The position numbers and the translations under genes were made by a program. From Thermomicrobiales bacterium (GTDB lineage Bacteria; Chloroflexota; Chloroflexia; Thermomicrobiales; UBA6265): a stretch of 64,000 nucleotides of DNA. Shown here in pieces: positions 29,984 to 39,512 of this stretch. The notes under the pieces were generated by a model. The model saw only the letters and a list, made by a program, of their open reading frames with translations. It did no database searches and was not told the DNA's origin. How positions within the stretch are numbered: position 1 is the stretch's first letter; each line of letters begins with the position of its first letter. The stretch spans positions 77,899 through 141,898 of the forward strand of contig DASZAY010000012.1 of NCBI GenBank assembly GCA_035944555.1. Direction: 5' to 3'.

Positions 29984-30328
29984 CTAATCGGCCGGCGTGG
30001 CCTCGACGGTGGCAATGCCGGCGGGCGGGGTGCCGGTCGGGGCGCCAGCGGCAGGTGAGCCACCCGCCGCGGCCGTCGAGGTCGAGTTCGCCGCGGCGGT
30101 GTTGTAGATCTCGGCTGTCTCGGTCATCACCGCGTCATTGGCGTCCTGCCGGACGTCCGTAGTGAAGGTGATAACCAGCGCGAAGACGATGATGGCGATC
30201 GTGACGACGGCGAAGATCGCGAAGATTCCCTTGCTGCCCCGGCTCGTCCCGGTGTGCGGGGGGTAGATCAGTTCCTCACGGGCGATGTCTCGCTTGGGCC
30301 GGAAGAGATTGCGGAGCGGATTCGGCAT
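29984..30328 (-). CDS. Small hypothetical single-TM protein with an Ala/Thr/Pro-rich tail
   Basis: 114-aa ORF with TM segment IFAIFAVVTIAIIVFALVITF and a C-terminus ending ..TGTPPAGIATVEATPAD. No family recognised. Confidence 0.4.
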   Translation of the reverse strand: MPNPLRNLFRPKRDIAREELIYPPHTGTSRGSKGIFAIFAVVTIAIIVFALVITFTTDVRQDANDAVMTETAEIYNTAAANSTSTAAAGGSPAAGAPTGTPPAGIATVEATPAD

Positions 30329-30477
30329 GGGTCTGGTCTGGTCTCGTCAATGGAGGCCGTCCCGGGTCGCGCCCGGTCGGGTGACCACGCCCGCGGCCAC
30401 CGGGGCAGCGTACCACCGCCAACAGGGGCCGCAATCCGGGTTCGCGACGCCGTGCCCGGACCGCGGCACCCCGCCGG

Positions 30478-31650
30478 TCAGCCGGCGCCGAGGATCTCAC
30501 GCAGCCGCCGGAGGACGATCACGTCCTCGCCCGGCTGGATCGTCTGCGGGTTGAGCGCGATGGTGTCGGTCCCGACCGCGGCGACGGCAATGCGTGGGTC
30601 ACCGTCCCAGAGCTCGCGGACGATCGTGTCCCGGGTCAGGGCCAGATCAGGTGAGAGGGTGACCATCGCACGGCTGTGGGGTTGCCCGGCCTCGCTGGGA
30701 AACGATCGCTCCGCCGTGACGCCCTCGATCCCGGACAACCCCTCGATCCAGCCGCGCACGATGGTCTCGTACCCCTCGATGACTGCCGGCTCATCCTGCC
30801 GGAGTGCCACCTCGACCGCGGCGAGCAGACCAACCATCTCCTCCTTGCCAACCTTCATTGGACGCCCGAGGCTGTGATTCGGCGAACCATTGACCCGGCA
30901 GGCCGCCACCAGATCGGGCCGTCCAAGGACCAGCCCGGAACTCTGCGGGCCGCGCAGTCCCTTGCCGCCGCTGAAGATGGCGAGGTCGGCGCCGAGCTCC
31001 CTGGTGAAGTGCCAGAGATTGCTGATGTTGGGCACCTGCGCCGCCGCGTCGACGATCACAGGAACATGGTGCTCGTGGGCGATCGCCACCACCTCCTCGA
31101 TCGGCAGGGCGTTCTCAGCGAAGTGTGCGCCCGCGAACCACAGCACGCAGGCGGTCCGGTCGCTGATGGCGGCGCGGAGATCCTCGGCCGTGCCGCCGAT
31201 CTCGACTACCCGCGCCCCGGTCTGGCGGGCGGCGTAGTCGTACCCGTTGCGCTGGCTCTGGTGGATGATCACCTCGGTCCGCTCGATCCCCTCCAGGTAC
31301 GGGAAGGCGGCGATCCGGTTGAGGTCGCTCCCGGCGATGCAGGCCGCGACGGCCATCGTGATCCCGGCCGCGGCACCGGACGAGACGTAGCAGGCCTCAT
31401 TGCCGGTCAGCATCGCGATCCGCTCACCGACCCGGAGTTGCAACTCATCCAGTGGGATGAAGTGCTGTGATGCCTCCGCCATCGCCCGGACGGCTTCCTC
31501 AGGCATGATGCTGCCGCCCAGCCGGGTCAGGGTGGCGGAAGCATTGATGACCGGGCGGATCTCCAGGCGACGGTAGACCTCGGGCACGGCCGCGGGGACG
31601 GCCTCCTGGGCGACGTCGGCGGCAGCGCTGGCGGCAGGGGATTCGGTCAT
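30478..31650 (-). CDS. SelA-like PLP-dependent enzyme (L-seryl-tRNA(Sec) selenium transferase-related / DgaE-like family)
   Basis: Contains INASATLTRLGGSIMPEEAV and the PLP-lysine region FSGGKGLRGPQSSGLVLG, typical of the SelA/DgaE fold-type I family. It lacks the SelA N-terminal domain. Confidence 0.8.
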   Translation of the reverse strand: MTESPAASAAADVAQEAVPAAVPEVYRRLEIRPVINASATLTRLGGSIMPEEAVRAMAEASQHFIPLDELQLRVGERIAMLTGNEACYVSSGAAAGITMAVAACIAGSDLNRIAAFPYLEGIERTEVIIHQSQRNGYDYAARQTGARVVEIGGTAEDLRAAISDRTACVLWFAGAHFAENALPIEEVVAIAHEHHVPVIVDAAAQVPNISNLWHFTRELGADLAIFSGGKGLRGPQSSGLVLGRPDLVAACRVNGSPNHSLGRPMKVGKEEMVGLLAAVEVALRQDEPAVIEGYETIVRGWIEGLSGIEGVTAERSFPSEAGQPHSRAMVTLSPDLALTRDTIVRELWDGDPRIAVAAVGTDTIALNPQTIQPGEDVIVLRRLREILGAG

Positions 31651-31697
31651 CAGGGAGTCTCCTTGGGAATGGTGGGTCGTCGGGTCAGAACGAGGGG

Positions 31698-32516
31698 TCA
31701 GGGGGCACGGAGCCGGAACGCGAGTGTCACGGGCAGGTCACCGTCGGGTGGGCCGTCCGGAGTCCCGTCGGTCCGGAACGGGAGCTCGGTCAATCCGTCC
31801 AGCACCATCCCGGCCGCGAGGAACGGCGCCAGGTAATCGGTGATCGTCCGCTCGAAGTAGTGGTGCGGGTGGGGCTCGCCCGGCATCCCGCCACCGAGGG
31901 CCGAGATCGAAGTCAGGTAGCGGCTGGTCTTCACGCCACGCTCGACCGTCATCACACCACCAGTTTCCCGCTGCTCTTCGTAGCGGACGGTGTCGACCGT
32001 GTTGAAGCAGGGGCGGGGGATGACGGCGACGAACCGGCCGCCGGGACGCAGCAGCCTGGGCATCGCCGCGGCCACTGGGCCGATCTCCGGGATGTCCTGC
32101 AGGACCATCGTCGAAACGACAGCGTCAAACGGGACGGAAGTCAGGGCATCTAGGGCCACGGGGTCGGTCGCATCGAGCTGCCGCCAGGTGATCCTGTCCG
32201 CATCCGGGCGGCCCGAAGACCGCGCGGCGGCTCGCTCCAGGAAGACCGGGCTGAAGTCGGTCGCGACGACCGTCGCGCCGAGTTCGGCCAGCCGCCGCGT
32301 GAACACCCCGTTGCCACAGCCGATGTCGAGCACCCGCTGTCCCGTCACCTCGCCGAGAAGCGACTCAGCGGCCGGCACGACCGCCGACAGGTGGAAGCGG
32401 TTGCCGTCGGCCATGCGGTCGTCCCAGAACGCCGCCTTGCCGTCCCAGATCACCCGCATCTCTGCGATCGTCGGGACGGTTGGCGCCTGAGCCCCCGACA
32501 CGGTCACCCTTCCCAT
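31698..32516 (-). CDS. Class I SAM-dependent methyltransferase
   Basis: Motif I VLDIGCGNGVFTRRLAELGATVVATDFS is present. The start is ambiguous (32567, 32516 or 32459); 32516 is chosen to limit overlap with the upstream SDR gene. Confidence 0.8.
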   Translation of the reverse strand: MGRVTVSGAQAPTVPTIAEMRVIWDGKAAFWDDRMADGNRFHLSAVVPAAESLLGEVTGQRVLDIGCGNGVFTRRLAELGATVVATDFSPVFLERAAARSSGRPDADRITWRQLDATDPVALDALTSVPFDAVVSTMVLQDIPEIGPVAAAMPRLLRPGGRFVAVIPRPCFNTVDTVRYEEQRETGGVMTVERGVKTSRYLTSISALGGGMPGEPHPHHYFERTITDYLAPFLAAGMVLDGLTELPFRTDGTPDGPPDGDLPVTLAFRLRAP

Positions 32517-33286
32517 AGCCGGACGGAGTGGGCGCCGTCGATCATCAGGCTCTGGCCACTGATCCACTCGGACTCGGGGAGGCAGAAGAACAGCACGGCG
32601 TTAGCGGTGTCTTCAGACCGCCCGGCCCTGCCGAGCGGCACCCACTTGCTGAATCCCGCCCCCCAGGTCGCGGCGGGCCGGTTACCGGACGGCTTGTCCG
32701 GGATCCCGCCGGGCACGACGCAATTGACCGTGATGCCGTGTTCGCCCAATTCGTAGGCCATGTTTTGCGTCATCGTCTCGACGGCGCCCTTGTTGGAGTC
32801 GTAGACGGCGGCATTGGTGTGGCAGAGATGGGCACCAATCGTGGACGTGTTGACGATCCGTCCCCGGATGCCGCGCTCGATCATGTGTCGGGCAGCGTGC
32901 TGCGCGAGGACGAACGGGGACCGGTAGTTGACGTTGGTCTGGTACTCCCAGTCGTCGTCCGGCACCTCCCAAAATCGACCCCGGATGCTCATCCCGGCGT
33001 TGTTGACCAGGATGTCGAGCTGGGGGACCGCCCCCAGCGCCTGCTCGGCGAGCCGATGGGTGTCGCCGATCTTCGAGAGGTCGGCCGGGAAACCGGTCGT
33101 GTGAACGCCGAGCGCGCCGATCTCCTCGACGGCCTGGTCGACGTCCGCCTGGGCACGACCGTGGACCACGATCCCGCAGCCCTCGCGGGCCAGCCATTCG
33201 GCGGCGGTTCGTCCAAGCCCACGGGTGCTGCCGGTGACGAGGGCGTACTTGCCGGCGAGCCGACCGCCGGTCGTTGCTGATTCCAC
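32504..33286 (-). CDS. SDR family oxidoreductase
   Basis: Contains ALVTGSTRGLGRTAAEWLAREG (TGxxxGxG), NNAG, and the catalytic YDSNK (YxxxK). Confidence 0.9.
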   Translation of the reverse strand: MESATTGGRLAGKYALVTGSTRGLGRTAAEWLAREGCGIVVHGRAQADVDQAVEEIGALGVHTTGFPADLSKIGDTHRLAEQALGAVPQLDILVNNAGMSIRGRFWEVPDDDWEYQTNVNYRSPFVLAQHAARHMIERGIRGRIVNTSTIGAHLCHTNAAVYDSNKGAVETMTQNMAYELGEHGITVNCVVPGGIPDKPSGNRPAATWGAGFSKWVPLGRAGRSEDTANAVLFFCLPESEWISGQSLMIDGAHSVRLWEG

Positions 33287-33378
33287 CGGATCCCTTTCCT
33301 GTCTGAGTCTGGAGGCGACGGAGCCGGCCCATTATCAGGGGCCGGCTCCAATGGCGCTATGGTGGGAGGGGTACGCCG

Positions 33379-34305
33379 CTAGCCCTTGAGCGCTCCCGCC
33401 GTCAGGCCACCCTCGAGCCGTCGCTGGAAGACGATGTAGACCACCAGCATCGGCACCATCGTGATGGTCAGGCCGGCAAACAGGGCCGACCAGTCCGAGC
33501 GGTAACCCTGGTTGAGATTCAGCGCCTGCAATCCCTGGGCGATGACGTAGTTGTTCTGATCGGCGTTCAGGACCAGCGGCAGCAGGTACTGGTTCCACTG
33601 GCCGAGGAAGTTGAAGATCGCCATCGCGATGATGCCCGGCCGGGCGAGGGGAAGCATGATCTGGAAGAACACGCGGTACGGACCGGCTCCGTCGATGATC
33701 GCCGCTTCGGCCAGGTCGGTCGGCAGGTTCTTGAAGAAGCCGTGCAGGAAGAAGATCGAGAACGGCAGCGAGTAGGCGATGTAGACGAGGACCAGGCCGT
33801 GCTTGGTGCCGAGCAATCCGAGGTCCTGGACGACGAAGTAGAGCGGGACCAGCGCCAGGAAGGTCGGGAACATCAGGCCGGCGACGAACAGGTAGTAGAT
33901 GACCCGGTTGCCCGGCCACTGGAACCGCGACAGCGCATAGGCGGCCATCGACGAGACGAGCAGAGTGCCAACGACACCGAAGCCCACCACGACGACCGTG
34001 TTCCAGATGTACCGGCCGATCCGGGCCTCGTTCCAGGCCCGGACGAAGTTGTCCATCTGGAGGGCGCCGGGGATGCTCCACGGTGAGGACAGGATCTCAG
34101 CGTCGGTCTTGAACGCCGAGACCACCATCCAGAGCAGCGGCAGGATGACCAGCGCCGCCCAGATGGTCAGGAAGACCTGCGAGGTGAAGAGGAAGCTCCA
34201 GTCGCCCTTCGTCATGTGGTGGCGCCGGAAGTCGGTGCTGGCGACGGCGGCGTGATCACCGTCCCCGATCCCGTCCTGCTTGATCTGCTCCGCGTTGATG
34301 ACCAT
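33379..34305 (-). CDS. Carbohydrate ABC transporter permease (CUT1, MalG/UgpE-like)
   Basis: Has 6 TM segments and the EAA-loop region DLAEAAIIDGAGPYRVFFQIMLPLARPG. Confidence 0.9.
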   Translation of the reverse strand: MVINAEQIKQDGIGDGDHAAVASTDFRRHHMTKGDWSFLFTSQVFLTIWAALVILPLLWMVVSAFKTDAEILSSPWSIPGALQMDNFVRAWNEARIGRYIWNTVVVVGFGVVGTLLVSSMAAYALSRFQWPGNRVIYYLFVAGLMFPTFLALVPLYFVVQDLGLLGTKHGLVLVYIAYSLPFSIFFLHGFFKNLPTDLAEAAIIDGAGPYRVFFQIMLPLARPGIIAMAIFNFLGQWNQYLLPLVLNADQNNYVIAQGLQALNLNQGYRSDWSALFAGLTITMVPMLVVYIVFQRRLEGGLTAGALKG

Positions 34306-34390
34306 GTCGTCTCCTGCTGGGCGAGGTGGCTCGTGTGGCTCCCGCTCCGTCGCGACAGCGAAGGGGAGGGACCGGGCAGAAGGCCCGGCC

Positions 34391-35278
34391 CTAGTACTCG
34401 TACGTGTCGCGGCGGGAAGCGCGAAGGGTGATCAGCGAGAGGATCAGCGTCAGAAGCAGTAGCACGACGCCCATCGCCGTGGCGTAGCCCCAGAGCGAGC
34501 GGGTAAAGGCGCGGTCGTACATGTAGAGGGCGATGACTTCGGTCGAGCGGTTGGGACCACCGGCGGTCATGACCTGAACCAGCGCGAACATGTCCAGCGC
34601 GGCGATGGCGATATAGACGACGCCGACCCGAATGTTCTCCCAGATCAGCGGCAGCGTGATCGTCCGGAACTGGGTGAAGCGGCCCGCGCCGTCGAGTGTG
34701 GCGGCTTCAAAGAACGAGTCGGGGATCCCCTGGATGCCGGCGATGAACAGCACCATGTAGAAGCCAACACCCTGCCAGATCACCACGGCGGCAATCGCCC
34801 AGATCGCGATGGTCGGGTCGCCGAGCCAGGCGACGGGCTGATCGAAACCCAGGAAGCGGAGCACGCCGTTGAGCAAACCATCTCCGGTGGACTTGTAAAC
34901 ATTCTTGAAGAGCACGCCGATGATTACGATCGAGAGGATCTGGGGGAAGAAGAAGACGATCCGGTAGAACGACGAACCGGGTACGCCTCGCGCCCCCTGG
35001 GTGAACAGGGTCGCGAAGAGGAGCGCCAGCGAGATCGTGATCAGCGGGATGACGAGCAGGAAGAACGCGTTGTTGCCTAGCGCGTTGGTGAAGTTGCCGT
35101 CTTCGGCCAGCCGCTGGTAATTGGAGAACCCGGTCCAGGGCCGCTGGTCGGACATGCCCCGCCAGTCCGTCAGGGAAACATAGAAGGATTGCACGTAGGG
35201 ATAGAGGACGAAGACCCCGTACAGGATGAGCGCGGGCAGCATGAAGGGGATGACCAGACGATAGCGCTGGTGGTGCAT
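34391..35278 (-). CDS. Carbohydrate ABC transporter permease (CUT1, MalF/UgpA-like)
   Basis: Has 6 TM segments and the EAA loop FFEAATLDGAGRFTQFRTITLPL. Confidence 0.9.
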   Translation of the reverse strand: MHHQRYRLVIPFMLPALILYGVFVLYPYVQSFYVSLTDWRGMSDQRPWTGFSNYQRLAEDGNFTNALGNNAFFLLVIPLITISLALLFATLFTQGARGVPGSSFYRIVFFFPQILSIVIIGVLFKNVYKSTGDGLLNGVLRFLGFDQPVAWLGDPTIAIWAIAAVVIWQGVGFYMVLFIAGIQGIPDSFFEAATLDGAGRFTQFRTITLPLIWENIRVGVVYIAIAALDMFALVQVMTAGGPNRSTEVIALYMYDRAFTRSLWGYATAMGVVLLLLTLILSLITLRASRRDTYEY

Positions 35279-35383
35279 AGGGACTTCTCCGGAAACACGA
35301 CACCGGCCGGGCGCTAACCCGACCGGGGACGGCGCCGGCGGGCGACCACGTGGGCCCCCGCCGGCGCGGGGCAGTGCCGGGGA

Positions 35384-36943
35384 CTACTCGTAGTCCGGGC
35401 GGGTCTGCTTGACGATGAAGTCGTCGGACGCGATGGCGTCGGCCGCAGCCTGGCAGTTCTCGCAGAACTGGTCGGCAGTGACGGCGCCGGTCAGCAGGTT
35501 GAACATCTGGTTCTTGGTCTCGGTGTTGAGATCCACGTACCAGCCGGAGTAGTAGGACGTGAGCAGGTTCTCGCCGGCGGCGGCGATGGTGGCCTGCTGG
35601 GACGCGAGGGCCGGACCGGCATCGAGGCCGTCAGCAGCGCCCTGGACAGTCGAGAGGGTGCGAGTCGCCTGCGAGTAGTAGCTGGCGCCCGTCTTGGAGA
35701 GCAGGAGCCGGATCCACTCCATACCGCCGGTCACGTTGGCGGCCTGGGCCGGGACGAAGAAGTTCTCGCCGGCACCGGCGAAGATCGCCTCGAACGGCAG
35801 CACGTCGGAGCTACTCAACGACGGGACCGGGAAGCAGTTCATCTCGAAGGCGTCGACGGCCTCGACCGAGCCGAGCGTCGAGACGCCGGACTCGTTCTCG
35901 AGCCAGGAACCGCACGGCAGGAACACGGCGCGGCCGTTGAGCCACTCGGTCTGGGACTGGGTGTGATCCAGGCCCTCGAAGCCCTGCAGGAGGTAGCCGC
36001 TGGTCGCCAGCTGCTCGATGGCGGCGGCGGCGGCGCGAACCGGCTCAGCCAGCCAGGCACCCTCGCGGAGGTTGTCGATGTTGCCCATCGCCTCCAGGCC
36101 ACCGTTCTTGAAGACCAGCTGGTCGAAGACGAAGCCGCGCATGTACTGGGTGTGGACACCGGTCGTGACCCACGGCGCGATCCCGAGATCCGTCTGGATC
36201 TGGCCGCAGAGCGTCATCATCTCTTCCCAGGTCCTGGGGTAGGTGATGCCGTTGTCCGTCATGAGCTTGTTGGACGCCCAGACGCCGAGGACCGTGTAGG
36301 TCAGATAGAGGATGTTCTGCTGGCCGTTGAAGATGCCGGAGTTCATCGAGCCCGGGATCAGGGTGTCAGCGAAGGTCGCGCCCGGGGTATCGAGCGAGAG
36401 CGCCTCCATCAGCGGGGCGAGGTCGGCGAGCTGACCTTCATTGGCGAGGGTGGTCTGGTCGAGATTATTGGCGCCGGAGTTGTCGATCACGTCCGGCGGG
36501 TTGCCGCCGACGAAGCGCGGCTGGAGTGCGGGGCCGAGACCCTGGCCGTACTCGAAATTGATGGTCGCATCGGGGTAGAGCTGGTTGTAGATCGTGTTGA
36601 CGTTCTCGGCGTAGGCGATGCCAAGACCACCGTTGAAGATGTACGGGTTGAGCGGAGCGGCCGGGTCGACGCCGAGCGGGTTGCTCGTGTCGATCGGGAA
36701 TTCAGCCATCGCGGCCGCTCCGGGGGTGGCACCCGGCGTGGCGCCGGGGGTGGCGCCGGGGGTGGCGCCAGGAGTGGCGCCCGGTGTGGCGTCCTGGGCG
36801 GAGACGCGGGACGCGGCGGAAATGGCGGCGACGAAGGCCGGCACGGAGATCCCGAGGGCGGCGGCGCGCTTCATCAGCGTGCGGCGGTCCCAGTTGTTGG
36901 CGGCGGATTCGGCGAAGAGGCGCTCGATACGACGATCGGTCAC
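35384..36943 (-). CDS. Extracellular solute-binding protein (CUT1 family) with a Tat signal and an (ATPG)n linker
   Basis: GGAGG lies 7 nt upstream of GTG 36943. The product starts VTDRRIERLFAESAANNWDRRTLMKRAAALGISVPAFVAAISAASRVSA|QDATPGATPGATPGATPGATPGATPG. The remainder has SBP_bac_1-like length and composition. The ORF-track start at 37348 would add an implausible 135-aa N-terminus. Confidence 0.85.
   Translation of the reverse strand: MTDRRIERLFAESAANNWDRRTLMKRAAALGISVPAFVAAISAASRVSAQDATPGATPGATPGATPGATPGATPGAAAMAEFPIDTSNPLGVDPAAPLNPYIFNGGLGIAYAENVNTIYNQLYPDATINFEYGQGLGPALQPRFVGGNPPDVIDNSGANNLDQTTLANEGQLADLAPLMEALSLDTPGATFADTLIPGSMNSGIFNGQQNILYLTYTVLGVWASNKLMTDNGITYPRTWEEMMTLCGQIQTDLGIAPWVTTGVHTQYMRGFVFDQLVFKNGGLEAMGNIDNLREGAWLAEPVRAAAAAIEQLATSGYLLQGFEGLDHTQSQTEWLNGRAVFLPCGSWLENESGVSTLGSVEAVDAFEMNCFPVPSLSSSDVLPFEAIFAGAGENFFVPAQAANVTGGMEWIRLLLSKTGASYYSQATRTLSTVQGAADGLDAGPALASQQATIAAAGENLLTSYYSGWYVDLNTETKNQMFNLLTGAVTADQFCENCQAAADAIASDDFIVKQTRPDYE
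36716..36796 (-). repeat. In-frame tandem repeat of about six imperfect 12-nt units, encoding (ATPG)n
   Basis: The plus strand reads GGGGTGGCACCC GGCGTGGCGCCG GGGGTGGCGCCG GGGGTGGCGCCA GGAGTGGCGCCC GGTGTGGCGTCC. On the minus strand this codes DATPGATPGATPGATPGATPGATPG. Confidence 0.8.
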
Positions 36944-37248
36944 GGTCCAACCTCCACAGGCGAGTTGATCCGGAGCGCCGGCGCCACGTGGCCGGTCGCA
37001 CGTCGTGCAAGCCCGGGACATTCCGGGATTCACCGGCGGGTGGATGGGGACGCCATTGCCCCCACTCGCTCCGGTTCGATCTTGTCTTGCACGTCTGTGC
37101 GGGTTGTACACCCAACGTCGGGCTCCCGCAACCCTGTCCGCCAAGGATCGCCCGCCTTTTGGGCAGAAAGGGCTACGGATTAGTGATATTCGGTTGGAAT
37201 GACCAAAGAACGTTGCGCGTTGTCCGGTCGGCCGCGAAAAACATCGAT

Positions 37249-39225
37249 TCAGGACGCTGACATCGTCGCCATGAGTGCCGCCGGACGGTAGCGTTCGATG
37301 CTCGATCGGTAGCCCGCGACCTCCGATTGCTGACGCTCCGCATCCCAACCGAGCGCCGGGCCGGCGATCCGGGCAGCCGTCTCGTCAGCGCCCACGGCAT
37401 TGTCCGCCTGGTAGGCGAGCATCGTCCGGCGGAGCAGGACGTCGGCCAGTGACTGGGCGCCTTCCTCGCGGACGGCGAAGACGATCTCGGCGGCGATCGC
37501 ATCGCCCGAACCGATCGGCTGGCCGAGCTCCGGCTCGTCGCGGGCCAGCCGGGCGATATTCGCGGCCCGGGTGCCGTAGGTCCGGACGAGGTGTCGTGCC
37601 GTCGCGGCCGTCAGCTCGGGGAACGAGCGTGTGAAGGCGGCAGTGAAGGCGTCGCGGTCGTCCTGGCCGATCGTCGCCCCTTCCAGCCGGGCGCCGGGCA
37701 GCGACTCCTTCTCCGTCCGGCAGGTCGCGGTTGGCCGGTCCAGCTTGCCGTAGACGTCATCGACGGTCTGCTCGGCGAGCTCACGGTAGGTGGTCAGCTT
37801 GCCGCCGACGATCGAGATGAGCCCCTCGGCGTCGGGAGCGTGGTCCAGCACGAGGTGACGCCGGGTGATCGACCCCTCGGCTCCCTCGCCCTGCCAGGGC
37901 AGCGGCCGGATCCCGCTGTAGGTGTAGAGCACGTCGTCGCGTTCGAGCGCCGCGGTCGGCAGGACCCGGTTGGTCTCCTCGATCAGGTAGTCGATCTCCT
38001 CGTCGGAGGCGACGACCCGGTCGAGGTCGCCCTCGTAGCGGACATCGGTGGTCCCGATCAGGAACAGGTCGTTCCAGGGGATGATGAAGAATGGCCGGCC
38101 GTCGGTACGGGCCTCGACATAGAGGGCGTCCTGTGGGGCGCCGGCGAACGGGGCGACGATGATGTGGGAACCCTTTGTCCCGCCGATCAGTCGCTTGCCA
38201 CCTGGCGCACCGGACCGGAACTGGGCGAGGAAGCCGCGCAGGAACCGCTGTCCCGCGTCGATCACCGACTCGCGGTCCGGTTGGGAATTGTCCTCAGTTC
38301 CCTCCGTCTGGGTCGGTTGGGAGCCGGCTGCCGAGTTGACCCCTCCCAGTCCGTCACCGGAGGAAGCGGGCACGTGCCCGGTCGAGCCGTCATCGATGAT
38401 CGTCGCCGGGTCGTTCGCGGCCGCGGTGCTGTCGGCGGCCGGCGGCTCGATGGCGGTCTCGTTCCCGAGCGTCGCGTCTACCCATGGGCCGGTGACGTTG
38501 ACCGTGACGGCCGCGCGGACGGTATGCGTCGTGTCGTCGAGCAGGTCCGTGAACGTCGCGCCGGTCACCCGCCGTCCCTGGAACGTGATCTCGTCGACCC
38601 GGCAGTACGTCAGGACCACGGCCCCGTGTGCCTCGGCGTCGATCGCGTTCTCGACCGCCAGCCGCTCGGCGTACTCAACCTGGCCGTCGTAGTACAGCGC
38701 TGCGCCGGTCAGCCCACGCTGCTCCAGGCCCGGGGCGCGGGCCAGTGCAGACTCCACGGACAGCATTCGGTGGCGGTCCAGTGACTTGCCAGTGCTCAGG
38801 ACGTCGTAGCCAATCATCCCCAGGCGGACAAGTCCCTTGCCCCGCTTGTCATCCTCGTAGATCGGGATCATCAGCGGTAGCGGCCGGACGAGGTGCGCCG
38901 CCGTCCGGAGCAGCGTCTCGCGCTCGTGCAGTGATTCTCGTACCAGCCCGACCTCGCCGTATTCGAGGTACCGCAACCCACCATGGATCAACCGGGATGA
39001 CCATGCCGTCGTCCCGGACGCGATGTCTCCCTTGTCCAGCAGCAGCACGCGCAGGCCACGCATGGCGGCGTCCCGGGCGATCCCGCAGCCATTGATGCCG
39101 GCGCCGATCACGAGCAGGTCGAAGGTACCGTCCCCCAGCCGTTCGGCGACCGATTGGCCGTACCGGCGCCGGGTGTCAGGGGTTGTTGGACGGTCGGTCG
39201 GGCTGCTGGGGTCGGTGGCGGTCAT
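37249..39225 (-). CDS. glpD: FAD-dependent glycerol-3-phosphate dehydrogenase with an internal low-complexity insertion
   Basis: Contains DLLVIGAGINGCGIARDAAMRG (the FAD GxGxxG), SSRLIHGGLRYLE, and NVTGPWVD ... GTKGSHIIV. At 658 aa it is longer than the roughly 500-550 aa that is typical. Confidence 0.9.
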   Translation of the reverse strand: MTATDPSSPTDRPTTPDTRRRYGQSVAERLGDGTFDLLVIGAGINGCGIARDAAMRGLRVLLLDKGDIASGTTAWSSRLIHGGLRYLEYGEVGLVRESLHERETLLRTAAHLVRPLPLMIPIYEDDKRGKGLVRLGMIGYDVLSTGKSLDRHRMLSVESALARAPGLEQRGLTGAALYYDGQVEYAERLAVENAIDAEAHGAVVLTYCRVDEITFQGRRVTGATFTDLLDDTTHTVRAAVTVNVTGPWVDATLGNETAIEPPAADSTAAANDPATIIDDGSTGHVPASSGDGLGGVNSAAGSQPTQTEGTEDNSQPDRESVIDAGQRFLRGFLAQFRSGAPGGKRLIGGTKGSHIIVAPFAGAPQDALYVEARTDGRPFFIIPWNDLFLIGTTDVRYEGDLDRVVASDEEIDYLIEETNRVLPTAALERDDVLYTYSGIRPLPWQGEGAEGSITRRHLVLDHAPDAEGLISIVGGKLTTYRELAEQTVDDVYGKLDRPTATCRTEKESLPGARLEGATIGQDDRDAFTAAFTRSFPELTAATARHLVRTYGTRAANIARLARDEPELGQPIGSGDAIAAEIVFAVREEGAQSLADVLLRRTMLAYQADNAVGADETAARIAGPALGWDAERQQSEVAGYRSSIERYRPAALMATMSAS

Positions 39226-39512
39226 TGGGCGAGGTCCTCGTTGCTGGGTCGATGAACGATGTCATCCAAAGGGTAGCGCAGCATGGTCGCCACCGGTCCG
39301 GTACCGGTCGAATCGACCGTGGCCGCGGCGGTTCCCTGGCATGACCGCTGACCAGCCCGGTCGGCGACAATCCCGCTCCGGATAGCGACGGACTGGCGTG
39401 CGGACAGGGGACGACCACCATCAACGAAGACGCTTCGGCTGTTCCGCACGACTGGCGTCGAACACTGTGGGCGCTCTGGGTCGCGCAGACGCTGGCCCTG
39501 GTTGCGTTCTCG

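Noticed and set aside
36716-36796. Tandem 12-nt repeats considered as a CRISPR-like or minisatellite element
   Set aside because: The units are far too short and contiguous, with no spacers. They are in frame inside a binding-protein gene, encoding an (ATPG)n linker.
37005-37348. N-terminal 135 residues of the 654-aa ORF 35384..37348, and the overlapping small ORFs in 36944..37248
   Set aside because: The Tat signal peptide begins right after a GGAGG-GTG start at 36943. The upstream ORF portion is Arg/Cys/Gly-rich and overlaps the glpD 3' end.
35963-38784. Long plus-strand ORFs (35963..37183 and 37591..38784)
   Set aside because: They are antisense to the sugar-binding protein gene and to glpD respectively. 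Both real genes have diagnostic motifs on the minus strand.
39226-39420. Guanidine-type (mini-ykkC / ykkC) riboswitch upstream of the MFS transporter, because of ACGA/ACGG strings
   Set aside because: No flanking complementary stems form the required ACGR-loop hairpins, and none of the ykkC conserved blocks are present.
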